A program made the position numbers and the translations under genes. DNA of 64,000 nucleotides from Macrostomum hystrix (taxonomy: Eukaryota; Animalia; Platyhelminthes): the NCBI GenBank assembly GCA_950097015.1, contig CATNEN010000039.1:15562001-15626000 (forward strand), written 5' to 3'. This document shows, in pieces, positions 1 to 12,775 of the stretch (positions are counted from its first letter, which is position 1; the number at the start of each line of letters is the position of its first letter). Below the pieces are notes generated by a model. That model saw nothing but the letters and a program-made list of their open reading frames with translations. It ran no database searches and had not been told where the DNA came from.

Positions 1-606
1 GTGCATAGTGTCCTGTCCTCTCCTGTCTGGCAGCGTGTGCCCCAGACAACAATGATCGATGAATCAGTCATCGGATTGGGACTGCATAGTGGGCAATGGG
101 AGCCGTATCTGCTGGGAGGACTGGGAGCTGGGATAGAGAGTTTAGAGATGGGAAAATTCAGGAAGAGAAACTCAGGCGTGAATCGTGGGCCAGCGAAGGA
201 TATTCTTGTTAATGCAGAATTTGGGGATATCTGCGCACGCTGCCCCTGTTCCTTCTAGGACATATAGAATTCTAATCGATACACGCGAGGGGCAAAGAGA
301 TATAGGAATAGTTTTGAGTGAGGCACTGCAGGAGGCATGGGGTCCCTTGGTTTAGCTTCTCTTCGAACCGAATCTCTATTTAATATCGCCTATTCGCTTG
401 CATGCTATTGGATTGCGCACAACATTTATCCCCTAAATTATAGGGAAACTTTACATTATAGCGCCCTGCAGCCCATATGGAATCCGTGCGGCAGTTTTTC
501 GAGGTCCTGATTTTTCAATCCCATCGAATTGCATTGCTAAGGGAGGCAAAAAGTGCATTTCACACTGCTTCGCTTAGCTTTCAAAGTTCTGTTAAACCAC
601 AAAATT

Positions 607-1580
607 CTCTCTTTCCCTCCATCCAACTCTCTTCCCCTCCTTGAAACTCTCTTCCGCCTTCATCCAACTCTCTTCCCCTCCACCCAACTCTCTTCCCCTT
701 CATCCAACTCTCTTCCCCTCCATTCAACTCTCTTCCCCTCCATTCAACTCTCTTTCCATCCTTGAAACTCTCTTCCGCCTTCATCCAACTCTCTTCCTCT
801 CCACCCAACTCTCTTCCCCTCCACCCAACTCTCTTCACCTCCACCCAACTCTCTTCCCCTTCATCCAACTCTCTTCCTCTCCACCCAACTCTCTTCCCCT
901 CCACCCAACTCTCTTCACCTCCACCCAACTCTCTTCCCCTTCATCCAACTCTTTTCTCCTTCATCCAACTCTTTTCTCCTTCATCCAACTCTCTTCCCCT
1001 CCATTCAACTCTCTTCCCCTCCATTCAACTCTCTTCCCCTCCATTCAACTCTCTTCCCCTCCATTCAACTCTCTTCCCCTCCATTCAACTCTCTTCCCCT
1101 CCATTCAACTCTCATTCCCCTCCATTCAACTCTCTTCCCATCCATCCAACTCTCTTCCCCTCCATCCAACTCTCTTCCCCTTCATCCAACTCTCCTCCTC
1201 TCCATTCCACTCTATTCCCCTCCATTCCACTCTATTCCCCTCCATTCAACTCTATTCCCCTCCATTCAACTCTCTTCCCCTCCATTCAACTCTCTTCCCC
1301 TCCATTCAACTCTCTTCCCCTCCATTCAACTCTCATTCCCCTCCATTCAACTCTCTTCCCATCCATCCAACTCTCTTCCCCTCCATCCAACTCTCTTCCC
1401 CTTCATCCAACTCTCCTCCTCTCCATTCCACTCTATTCCCCTCCATTCCACTCTATTCCCCTCCATTCAACTCTATTCCCCTCCATTCAACTCTCTTCCA
1501 CTCCATCCAACTCTCTTCCCCACCATCCAACTCATTTCCCTACTCTAAACTTTCTTCCCATCCTTGAAACTCTCTTCCCT
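607..1580. repeat. About 20 bp pyrimidine-rich minisatellite (CTCTTCCCCTCCATTCAACT) in a FERM-gene intron
   Basis: Directly visible tandem array with variant units. Confidence 0.95.
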
Positions 1581-1651
1581 TTCATCCAGTTCTCATTCTA
1601 TCGCACTATACTAAAAAAGCATTCAGTACATGTAGACCACTCAGCACTCAC

Positions 1652-4600
1652 CTTGAGAACTCGTCCTCGAGCAGGTGCGGATCTGGCGGGTAGAACTTCA
1701 CCGAGAAGTAGAAAACCAGCTCGGTTGATGAAGGACACTGCTTGGGCAGTGTTTTTGTGTGATCTAGCCAGCACTGGAAGTCGCCCAATTCGGACAGGTT
1801 TGAGGCGAGCAATTTAGCAAAGAGTGGAACTTTAAAATGTGACTTGTCCAGCTACTTCTAAAAGCTTTAGTGGCAGCTTAGCTTTGCTTAATTGACGGCC
1901 TCTACACAAAAAACGAAAACTTTTTCAGTTGAAGGGGAAGAATAAATTTAGGTGTCTTGTCAGCCCTGTGGAAAGTTTCAAATTACTGATTGAGAAACAT
2001 TTGCCAAAGCAGCGGACTGTGGAAGTTTGAGTTGTCTGCGCGAGAAGGACTTGTCCGAGGTTAGAACTGAGAAGATTCTCATTCAGTAATCTCACTGAGA
2101 CTCTCATTCAGTAATCTCACTGAGACTCTCATTCAGTAATCTCACTGAGACTCTCATACAGTAATCTCACTGAGACTCTCATTCAGTAATCTCACTGAGA
2201 CTCTCATACAGTAATCTCACTGAGACTCTCATACAGTAATCTCACTGAGACTCTCATACAGTAATCTCACTGAGACTCTCATTCAGTAATCTCACTGAGA
2301 CTCTCATTCAGTAATCTCACTGAGACTCTCATACAGTAATCTCACTGAGACTCTCATACAGTAATCTCACTGAGACTCTCATTCAGTAATCTCACTGAGA
2401 CTCTCATACAATAATCTCACTGAGACTCTCATACAGTAATCTCACTGAGACTCTCATACAGTAATCTCACTGAGACTCTCATTCAGTAATCTCACTGAGA
2501 CTCTCATTCAGTAATCTCACTGAGACTCTCATACAGTAATCTCACTGAGACTCTCATACAGTAATCTCACTGAGACTCTCATACAGTAATCTCACTGAAA
2601 CTCTCATTCAGTAATCTCACTGAGACTCTCATTCAGTAATCTCACTGAGACTCTCATTCAGTAATCTCACTGAGACTCTCATTCAGTAATCTCACTGAGA
2701 CTCTCATTCAGTAATCTCACTGAGACTCTCATTCAGTAATCTCACTGAGACTCTCATTCAGTAATCTCACTGAGACTCTCATACAGTAATCTCACTGAGA
2801 CTCTCATACAGTAATCTCACTGAGACTCTCATACAGTAATCTCACTGAGACTCTCATACAGTAATCTCACTGAGACTCTCATTCAGTAATCTCACTGAGA
2901 CTCTCATACAATAATCTCACTGAGACTCTCATACAATAATCTCACTGAGACTCTCATACAATAATCTCACTGAGACTCTCATTCAGTAATCTCACTGAGA
3001 CTCTCATACAGTAATCTCACTGAAACTCTCATTCAGTAATCTCACTGAGACTCTCATTCAGTAATCTCACTGAGACTCTCATTCAGTAATCTCACTGAGA
3101 CTCTCATTCAGTAATCTCACTGAGACTCTCATTCAGTAATCTCACTGAGACTCTCATTCAGTAATCTCACTGAGACTCTCATTCAGTAATCTCACTGAGA
3201 CTCTCATACAGTAATCTCACTGAGACTCTCATACAGTAATCTCACTGAGACTCTCATACAGTAATCTCACTGAGACTCTCATACAGTAATCTCACTGAGA
3301 CTCTCATTCAGTAATCTCACTGAGACTCTCATACAATAATCTCACTGAGACTCTCATACAATAATCTCACTGAGACTCTCATACAATAATCTCACTGAGA
3401 CTCACAATCACAATCTCAATCTCAGTGGAACTGTACAATCCCAGTGGAACTGTTTTACAATCTGAGTGGAACTGTTTTACAGCCTTCATAGAATCTCACA
3501 TGAGATGAGAGCCAAATTCGATTGCTAAGTCGCTCTTCACTCACCTGTCTACCCTCTCTAGATAGGAACTCCAGGTCGAAGTAATCAACTTCTAGCAGGC
3601 GCAGTTTCTTTACCACAGCGTCAAACAGTTCTTGGCCCGGCACTCGTATCTGCGGGAATAACAATTTTTATTCAGAATAGAAACAATCTTGATGTGGGCG
3701 GTAGGCGAGAGTAGATGCTGGAAGGTGAGACTAGATGCTGGAAGGTGAGAGTAGATGCTGGAAGGTGAGAGTAGATGCTGGAAGGTGAGACTACATGCTG
3801 GAAGGTGAGAGTAGATGCTGGAAGGTGAGAGTAGATGCTGGAAGGTGAGACTAGATGCTGGAAGGTGAGACTACATGCTGGAAGGTGAGAGTAGATGCTG
3901 GAAGGTGAGACTACATGCTGGAAGGTGAGAGTAGATGCTGGAAGGTGAGAGTAGATGCTGGAAGGTGAGAGTAAATGCTGGAAGGTGAGAGTAGATGCTG
4001 GAAGGTGAGACTAGATGCTGGAAGGTGAGAGAAGAGGTTACAGATGAGGTTAACATTAGAAAAAAGTGCTTCTAGGCGTAAATATACAATGCTTACTAAA
4101 ATGTAAAAAGTCATAGTTGATCAATTTACAAATTGAAGTCCCTGGCACTTACTCAAAACAAGCTCACTTTATCTTTTTTACCAGCATTTTTTCGTACACG
4201 AGTCCTTTCCCTGCCTTCGCGCGCCACTCATTAATAAGAAGCAGGGAGCCATATTGAATTACCCGGCACTGCTCACGGGCCGAGGGAGGGCAAAGAGTGA
4301 GGGGTAGCGGAGTAGCGGACCGCCGCTGCTACAGGAGACGGGTTGGAGTGTGAGGATCTGGTCAAGGGTGGGAGATTGGGGAGAATTGCCGTCAGGGCAT
4401 GGAGAAGCTTTATGAGCTTTAGACAACAAATTGAATTTGTCCGGCGCAGTTGGTCTTTCCTTTTCTCCCTCTCTCCCTCTGTCAGTGAGTATGGGGGGGC
4501 GCCGAGCCAACCCTCAGACCCCTATGAGTCCGGTTCTGAGCAGGCCAGACTCAGTCTGCTAGCCAAGGCGTTCAGATGAATAATATGGCTTATTTAATGA

Positions 4601-7522
4601 TAAAAATATTGTGAAGAAAATGCTGTGGATTAGGCCTATTAGATGTATAAATCGATGTGATAGAAATAATCGATAAACTGATATAGAAGATCGATTAACC
4701 GATTAACTGATATAGGCGATCGATAAACTGGTATAGTAGATCGAAAAATCTATAAACTGATAAAAAGCGATCGATAAATCGGTTAGCTGATAAAAGCGAT
4801 TGATAAATCGATTAACTGATAAAAGTGATCGATAAATCGATTAACTGATAAAAGCGATCGATAAATCGGCTGACTGATAAAAGCGATCGATAAATCGGCT
4901 GACTGATAAAAACGATCCATAAATATCTGATACAGGAAATCGATAAATCGTATATATTTTTTGATTTTTCAAAAAATATTTGAATACAGAAGCTAACTGG
5001 GATACTGACTTAAGGATCTAAAATTTGAATTTAGCAAGCAGATTTTTATGGCTCGCGCAATAAAATGCCAATTTGGTTTGCAATAAAATTTGGGATTGAG
5101 GATCATTTATTTAACGGCGAGTGGAGTGGTTAGAATCCGGGACTTGGGTCTTTTTTCGTATAAGAACCCTCCTTAATGTAGCTTTACTGCACAGTTGGCT
5201 TAGAGAATGGAAAAACTGCTGGCCGATATGTATCGAAATCATTATAACTAAGAGTTTCTTTGCGGCCAATAAATACGAGTAAATACTGTGCCAAAACGTT
5301 TAGAAGTTCAATGATACTTTTTGATGCCTATTAACAGTAGAAAGACCAGCAAGCAGCCTATGGGGAGAGACCAAGGGGGTATTTCAAATACCCCTTGCCT
5401 ACTTCAAAACCTTGTGATTGAATTTTGCAAAATTCCACCATATAAAAAATGTATTTCGGCATTAGTTGAATATCTCGACATTGTTTTGTGACTCTGGAAG
5501 TTGTTTCGTCTGATAGAGCGGAAAAATTTAGACCCGTGTCCTGGAATTTTATGGCAATTGGTTGAATGTTTTAGGGTATACAGAACAGAATAATCATCTG
5601 GGCATTTCAAATGCCACCGTGCTGTTTTTTTCTGTTACTAAGCTGATTTTTATCGAAAGAATTGTATGAAAACGACTCAGCACTTTGAGTCTAAAGTAAA
5701 ACTATATGTATCGAAAATATCAATTTACTTTTCTTCACTACATAGTCATCAGATTGCCTATATACCGCTGGGTTATAATCGAAAGAGCTACATCTTTAAT
5801 TATTAAAGTGCACGATTTTTATAGCCGATATGTATTGAAAAAAATATCTTACATCCACTAATATATTTTTCTTCCTGGGCATTACTGCATATGCCATATT
5901 CAAAAGTTTCTCTTATACTTAGTTAAATATTCTGCTTCATAATCCGGTTGAAATCTCGATCCGTAACTTATCAATTATTTATTGTTTTATGTGTGACAGC
6001 TTGGCAGTTAAACATTTTCAGCAGATTCTGTAACTTAGCTAAGACAACTCGGCATGCCATTCTCAGTATTTAGCTGCAGAAGCAGCAGCAGCAGCAACAG
6101 ATGAACTGGCAAACGCTCACCCACTCACCTGTGTTTGTCTTTGATTAAAACCTTGCCAGCCCTTCTGTAAGCGTTGGTGTTTGAGTGCTTTAGCCCACCC
6201 ATACCGCCCCCTCCTATAGTTGCTATGCGAATGAAAATCTTTTCTTGCTGGGAATCCGCAGTTCATTTATCCAACCAGCAACTCTAGCTTAGTACGAGCT
6301 ATGTTCCATTGTCTAAAAACTTTCCCGAATTTCGTTAATCCTTCTTAGAACAGGAAATGCGACCGGAAAAGCAGCAGAGCACGGAATATTCTCTCATCAG
6401 TTTTTTTTACAAAAGTCATTTCTTCTGGGTGTGAGACCCGGAAATTTGTTTTACCGTATTGCCAGGCGGGAGAAGAATTTTAGTTTAACAAAGCCGGAAA
6501 AAGGTTGCCACATTGTTTGCCATCGATGCAAAGCGAGTCGATAATGAGCTTCGACTTTTAATGGCTTTCATTCATTGCTGACTTCGATGCTAGGCAGTTC
6601 ACACTAGCTGAATGCCAAAAAGCCTTAGCTCCCTGCTTGGTGGCTTTACCAACGGACGACCCGTAGACTATGGTGCGATTAATGGACAAGCCTAGACTAT
6701 GGTGCGATTAATGGACAAGCCTAGACTATGGTGCGATTAATGGACAAGCCTAGACTATGGTGCGATTAATGGACAAGCCTAGACTATGGTGCGATTAATG
6801 GACAAGCCTAGACTATGGTGCGATTAATGGACAAGCCTAGACTATGGTGCGATTAATGGACTATCCTAGACTATGGTGCGATTAATGGACAAGCCTAGAC
6901 TATGGTGCGATTAATGGACTATCCTAGACTATGGTGCGATTAATGGACAAGCCTAGACTATGGTGCGATTAATGGACAAGCCTAGACTATGGTGCGATTA
7001 ATGGACAAGCCTAGACTATGGTGCGATTAATGGACAAGCCTAGACTATGGTGCGATTAATGGACTATCCTAGACTATGGTGCGATTAATGGACAAGCCTA
7101 GACTATGGTGCGATTAATGGACTATCCTAGACTATGGTGCGATTAATGGACAAGCCTAGACTATGGTGCGATTAATGGACAAGCCTAGACTATGGTGCGA
7201 TTAATGGACAAGCCTAGACTATGGTGCGATTAATGGACAAGCCTAGACTATGGTGCGATTAATGGACGAGCCTAGACTATGGTGCGATCAATTGAAAACT
7301 CTAGATTTTGATATGATGATTCAACTTTCCAAGACTAAAAAAGAAACAAACTTTATATCTCTCGAAAAACAAAGAACTCACGGGAACTTGAAACGAGTTG
7401 ACCGTGTCGTCAAGTAGCACTACTTTAACAGTTAGCGTCTTGTTTTGCATCTGCAACTGCTGCTGTTGTGACATCAGCGGCGATACTAGCCGATGTTGCA
7501 GAACTCGGCGCACCTCCGACAT
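1652..7522 (-). CDS. FERM-domain protein, FARP1/2 / FRMD7-like (5' portion; continues past the left edge of the window)
   Basis: Three phase-compatible minus-strand exons with GT-AG sites: 7522-7382 (MSEVRR...TVKVVLLDDTVNSFQVP), 3649-3545 (IRVPGQELFDAVVKKLRLLEVDYFDLEFLSREGRQ) and 1773-1652 (CWLDHTKTLPKQ...FSVKFYPPDPHLLEDEFSR). Motifs LLDDT, DYFxL, WLD and VKFYPPDP are the FERM F1 lobe signature, closest in pattern to FARP. An AG acceptor at 7560 with an open frame before the ATG allows for a further upstream exon. Confidence 0.85.
2077..3410. repeat. 25 bp minisatellite CTCTCAT(T/A)CAGTAATCTCACTGAGA, about 53 copies
   Basis: Highly homogeneous tandem array; each unit has internal inverted repeats. 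Confidence 0.97.
3707..4030. repeat. 20 bp minisatellite GAGTAGATGCTGGAAGGTGA
   Basis: About 16 tandem copies. Confidence 0.95.
4665..4950. repeat. Degenerate ATCGAT-rich tandem repeat of about 28 bp
   Basis: Recurrent GCGATCGATAAATCG...ACTGATAAAA units. Confidence 0.75.
6664..7288. repeat. 29 bp minisatellite TAGACTATGGTGCGATTAATGGAC(AAG/TAT)CC
   Basis: About 21 near-identical head-to-tail copies with no spacers. Confidence 0.97.
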
Positions 7523-9100
7523 GATGATGGTGGTGGTGCCCTTATCGATGCCCTTGCCGCTTAAAAGTGCAGAAAGAAAAACGACTGACTTTTTTAAGCT
7601 TGACTAGCACATGCACGGCTAGTGTGTGTGTTTGTCTTGTTATAATTTCTGATATATAGCCAAGTCTTTTTCTCTCGCCCCTAAATTTTTATGCCTCGTA
7701 TCTACCCTATACTCAAGCTTAAGCGGGTGCAGGGCGTGTTCTTTACCTTTCTCGGCTGGAACAGGGGGAATCTATGCGTGGAGGATCTTTTTAAAAAAGG
7801 CGGCCATTGGCGGAAGGGCGAGAGTTTGGCCGTTATGAATATAAAGAAGCCAAAAGAAAAACTGCTGCTGCCAAGCAATATTGCTTCGCGCCACAAACTG
7901 GTGGGTTTTGAAGGGCGTTAGTGGCGCGGTGTTTTAGATTGGAAGGGCTCTGGGGTTGGAATGGAGGCGATGGGATGCCAAGCGATCAGGATTGGGGGTT
8001 GTGCGGCTTCTGCACTAACTAAGATCTGCAGGAGAAATAGTCAGGGATAGAGAGAGGGGGAGAGGGTAGGGGGGTAGGGTAGGGGAGAGGGCAGTGTAAG
8101 AATTGGCCTAGTCCGGGGGGAGTTCAGGGACAGGGAAAAGGTTGGGTGTGAATTCAGGCAGCAGGGCCAATTGGGCCAGCTGGCCAATCGAAATGATCAT
8201 CGTATTTTTTTAAAGAGTACCCCTGCATTAGCTACCACTGTATGGTTCCAATTAAGCCTTTTGGATTTAGTCTAATGCGATGACGCTATTGTTAATGTGT
8301 TATTAACTACGACAACTGATGTGCTGCTATAATTCTTTCTTCCGCATAATTTACGAGAGGGACCAAGAAAGAGAAGCTAAAATAGTTGCGATGATAAAAT
8401 GAATTAATAATGAGAAAATATACCCAATTTATACAGGTTTTAGCTTTTTGACGCAATTATAATATGTACTTGTATTGATTGTGTTTTAAAAAGACTGTTT
8501 AATTACAAGTTTATCTTATAATGGAATCATAAATCTAAAAAAACTTCCTGCTTCGACTGAAAGTACTATATTAAATTACTGACTGAAGTACATAAAATGT
8601 ACACTTAAAAGCTTTTTCATTTTCTAGGTTAGGCCAGCACTATAAGTTCTAATATTTTGAGATAAGAAACGAATATCGATTTTAACGAGACTACAGAAAC
8701 GAAAAAATGCATGTCAATAAACAAATAATAATACAACTATTTGTGAATTTTAAGCCTCTAAAATATTCTATTCCGCCATCTGCTTAACTTTATTAAAAAT
8801 TCAAATTTGCTGCTTTGTAATAAAACTCAGAGGTCATAAAATGATTTACAAGCTCTTTTTACACCAGCCTTGTAGAAAAGCACATGCTTACAGCCATTGG
8901 CTCGAAGGTTGCCTCGTGAGCTTATGATATATTTAGTTAGAACACATATTACGAGCAAAAAACTAAACTCTAAACATCCAAATTATATTAAGGCCTTCAA
9001 TAGTAGAACACAAAAACTATCACCAAGAAGTGAGCAGAAAAAAAGTTTTTTGAATAAAAGGTTAGCCCTCAGTTCAGTCATGAAAGTAAACATATCATCG

Positions 9101-9169
9101 GCATGCGTGCCAAGGACCACTAGAAGAAGACCACTAGTCTTCTTCTAGTGGTCCTTGATGCGTGCATGC
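9101..9169. other. Long inverted repeat / hairpin
   Basis: Perfect 21 bp stem 9111-9131 / 9137-9157 with a 5 nt loop, extendable by about 10 bp using G-U pairs. Confidence 0.85.
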
Positions 9170-10041
9170 TCTTTTGTTGACACTCATTCCAAGAAAAATT
9201 ATAGAAACAAGTTTTGAATAGTTTCCACGGTATAAGGAAAAAACAAAAAGAAAGCAAAATCGTACCGAAGTATTCTCTCATTTGCGAATATATAAATAAA
9301 GCAAAATCTTGGTTCAAAGTTATTTTAAAAAGTTTAAATTTAATACGTCGGTAAATGAGTAAAAGTAAAAGGGTGCGTTAGAGTAGCTAAAAAGCCAAAA
9401 TATAAAGTTTTGGCTAACCTATAAGTTGTTACTAGTCTATATTACATTTTACAGAAAATTACACTGATGTAAAGGAAAAGTATACGCGGGTTTTTTTCAA
9501 ATTTAGTTGTTTTTCTTCTTTTCTTTTTCTGTTCTTTTTAGCTGGTTTTGCTATCATGACGTATGGCCTGTTAAGATAAAAATCCTATAAAAGGAAAAAA
9601 TAAGAAAAAATATTTTCTTCACTATTACACTGTAATAGGCCCTATTTATATTTACTGCGAATAATTCACAACTCATCCCCATGACATATAGTGCAAATCC
9701 TTGATTATACTGAATCTGATATGCATTGCATAGCAAAGTTTTAAATTTAAGCATGGATTTGGATAGTGAAATTCTAGAATGAAGGTAAAGCCAAGTTAAT
9801 ATAAAGCTAGAGAGAACTTAAAATTTGTAATTGTGTTAGGCCCTAAATGTCAAATATTTTAAATACTGTTTTTAGTGGCTCTAACCATTTATAGCTATCT
9901 AGTCAGGATTGTGCTAGACCACTATGACTAATTGTACATTTAAACCACCCACCCTAAAATAGTTTATTTAGCAAGCATTTATTATCAATTGAGTTTATCC
10001 TTACAATACTAATACAAATAATTATAGGACCACTGTGGGCA

Positions 10042-10489
10042 GTCCCAGGTCATTTTGGTGACAGTCATTTTGGTGACAGAATTGGTCAGTTCGGTGACAA
10101 CTATTTTTGCACCTAAATATGCTAAGAAAACAGCCTTCCACGATCTAGCAGCTGCTTAAAGCCTGCACTCGCCTTGTCAATCCAAAACTTGAAAAATGAT
10201 TATTATACGCATTTAATTAGGAACAAATATCTATTGAAACTATTGACTACTCATTAAATAATTTAATAATTTAACTCATTTAAAGTAAAACCCAGACTTT
10301 AACATAGCAATGCAGCTTCTTATTAATACTTTTAGCATTATTTAATTAATATTAATATGTGTGCATAGTTAAAATGGAAGGCTGTTTTTTAGCATATTTA
10401 GGTGCAAAAATAGTTGTCACCAATCTGACCAATTGGGTCACCGAAATGACTGTCACTGAAATGTCTTGTCACCAAAATGACCTGGGACC
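10042..10489. mobile_element. Non-autonomous DNA transposon (MITE) with about 100-115 bp TIRs
   Basis: 10042-10140 (GTCCCAGGTCATTTTGGTGAC...CAGCCTTCCA) is the imperfect reverse complement of about 10375-10488. The core is AT-rich. Direct repeat CTGTGGGC(A) lies at 10033-10041 and 10490-10498 (8-9 bp TSD). Confidence 0.85.
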
Positions 10490-11196
10490 CTGTGGGCAAT
10501 GGCACAACATATTTGGTGACACTAGACCCATAGCCAGCAAAGAGACCATTCTGCCCATTTTACTGACTCCTGAGCACATTTGCAACAGATCCTGTACACA
10601 GGCAAATGTTCACAAGACACATGTGTGTAAACCTATCCTAATTGTGGTATAACACCATAATACTTTTGCTATGCCTTGGAAGTTGGTCCACAAGGTTAGG
10701 CCTATAAATTGCATGACAGGCCCAAGCCTAATTTTTGTGGCTATCCTCAAAATATTACCTTGCCATAGAATTCAGAGCCTTACACCTTTGACACCTTAGT
10801 GTGAGAGGCAAATGTATTGAATTACCTATTCTGCCACTGGCTCCCAGCCCCATTATATTAATGGCTAGCTTTAATTTGATTTTTTTATGTTGTAAATATA
10901 AGAATATAAGACTTATTAAGAGTGCATATCTTTTCTTCATCTAAATAAACTTCATGTTTAATACCTTCACTATCATTATATAACATGATCTTATCAGTGA
11001 TGTTTAACTTTGGCTAGTGTTAGGCCCTACATATATATATTACAATGTATATAGCTAGAACTCTTAAAATCTGCATGAAGTATATACTAGCTATTATAAA
11101 TATTTACCAACTAAAATTCTTTTTGATTATGAATATAAAAATTTTCTAATTAAAAAAGAAATCCATTTTTTATTAACTAGACTATTAGGCCTAGTG

Positions 11197-12000
11197 TACA
11201 ATGGGGTTCAAAAAGTGTTGTTGTTTGAGTACTCAGAGTAGCAATTTGTGGGAAAATGCTAAATTATTTTTCAATATCGTACCTTTGGCAATCAATACAC
11301 TTCTGCCACTGGTTGCACAGCTTCCAAATGCAACTTATGTATAACTCTGTTGGCTAGTCATCTAATTTGGTTGGCAAGGGTGATAACCTCTTTGTCAGAC
11401 TCAAATTGGTGCCCTTGGAGTGGCCGCTTTAGCTTGCAAAACAGATAGAAGTTGGGGAGGGCTAGGTCTCGGAATAGACTTAATATAGAAGATTTTCAAC
11501 CCCCCGAGTTGTAGGAGCATGAATTCAGAGACTTAGGCTGTGTGAGCAGAGGGTGTTGTAGTAAAGCTGGTGAAGCAGCAGGGGGTAGACACTCTGTTAC
11601 CCTTGCCTCTTCTGGACAACTGCCTAATGAAGCTAGCCCTTGTGTTCAGCATGCCAAACACGTGACAGTGTGCCCCACAGGCATGTACTCTACAGGCAAG
11701 AACCCTTGACAATCTCAGAAAAAGCAGCCCAAGATCTTGCTGCTTGACTTTGCTTGAACTTGTGGGGGCCCTTCTCTAGGGTGTTGCCACTCTTTGGAGT
11801 CACACTTGCACTCGGGATCATAGTGATAAATCAGCACTCTTCCCCCATTGTGATTTGACACTCAAAACTGTCCTTGGAACAGTTGAGCATGAGGGTCAAG
11901 CATCAAGCATAGGTCATCTTTGAGGCTCACCCTGCCATGCTTGAATTTGTTGTAGTTTCACTCAATGGTGTGCTAAGAGGCACAAGTTGTGGGGTTCACA
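11197..12000 (-). mobile_element. Degenerate Tc1/mariner transposase remnant
   Basis: Minus-strand fragments HYDPECKCDSKEWQH (about 11785-11830), DLALPNFYLFCKLKRPLQGHQFESD (about 11395-11470, the YSPDLAP region) and IWKLCNQWQKCIDCQRYDIEK* (about 11265-11330, mariner C-terminus). TIR-like TACAATGGGGTTCAAAAAGT at 11197. Contains stops and frameshifts; the right boundary is approximate. Confidence 0.75.
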
Positions 12001-12775
12001 GACTTTATCTCCTCTTCAATAGCTGGTGGCTTTAGTCCTTTCAGGTTGAAATTTAGTCAAAGCTTGGTACTCCTGCTTATCAATTTTGCTGAAAAACCAA
12101 GGTTCAAAAACCTTATATACCTCCCTCATAGAAGATTTAGATTCTCAACTAAGTTAGTACTAGCTGTTTAGCCTTATTTCAATATAGCTACTGCCATAGC
12201 TATTCCTTGATGCTCTTTAAAATGTGTGGCATTTCTTTAAACACAATCAGCATAGAATTTTGACAATCACACCTTTGAAAAGAATAAAGACTAATTAAAA
12301 ATACAAATTGAGGGTCTATTATACTTTCTTTTCTGTTTGACTTTCTCTAGGCCTATAGATAATATATATTCCTACACTGGAATAGTTGCATTAATGAAAC
12401 ATTTAAAAAATAGAAAATGGTTGCATGCCACACTGATTGTATTTTAAAATTTAAATTGCCATTGATTGTATAAACTCATATCTTCATAATCTATGTCATG
12501 GAGATGTTTTTGCAATTATCTGCATGCATGTACATTAAATTCCAATATTATGTCATGTATGATTATACGAAAGTAGCTCGCATTACAAATTTTCGGACAC
12601 CCCTGGTAGCTATGTGTTCATTTATGAGAACAATATTTAAATTGATAACAATGTAGTAAAAATTTGATTGCATTTATAAGGCTAGACTATGACACAAAGT
12701 GACAGTTATTGATTAGTTTCTGATTATTGATTAGATCGATAATATGATATTTATACTTTTCTAGAGTAAAAAACA

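Noticed and set aside
1-420. 85 aa ORF and GC-richer segment; similar unexplained segments at 4250-4580, 7690-8200 and 47250-47780
   Set aside because: No recognisable domain or compatible splice sites. They may be old repeat fragments, but this cannot be supported without a database search.
553-1817. Long ORFs of 308 and 351 aa, and similar ORFs at 12975-13948, 20340-20948, 23666-24965, 31654-32379, 36497-37036, 43204-43683, 49119-50225, 52911-53974 and 59523-60327
   Set aside because: They are translations of stop-poor minisatellites, open in several frames, periodic, and located in introns or intergenic DNA.
6664-7288. CRISPR-like 29 bp repeats (also the 25 and 33 bp palindromic arrays)
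   Set aside because: Units are head-to-tail with no unique spacers, there are no cas genes, and the context is a eukaryotic intron.
12585-12609. Tc1-like terminus (AAATTTTCGGACACCCCTGGTA) as the other end of the mariner remnant
   Set aside because: It does not match the candidate TIR at 11197 well enough to pair them.
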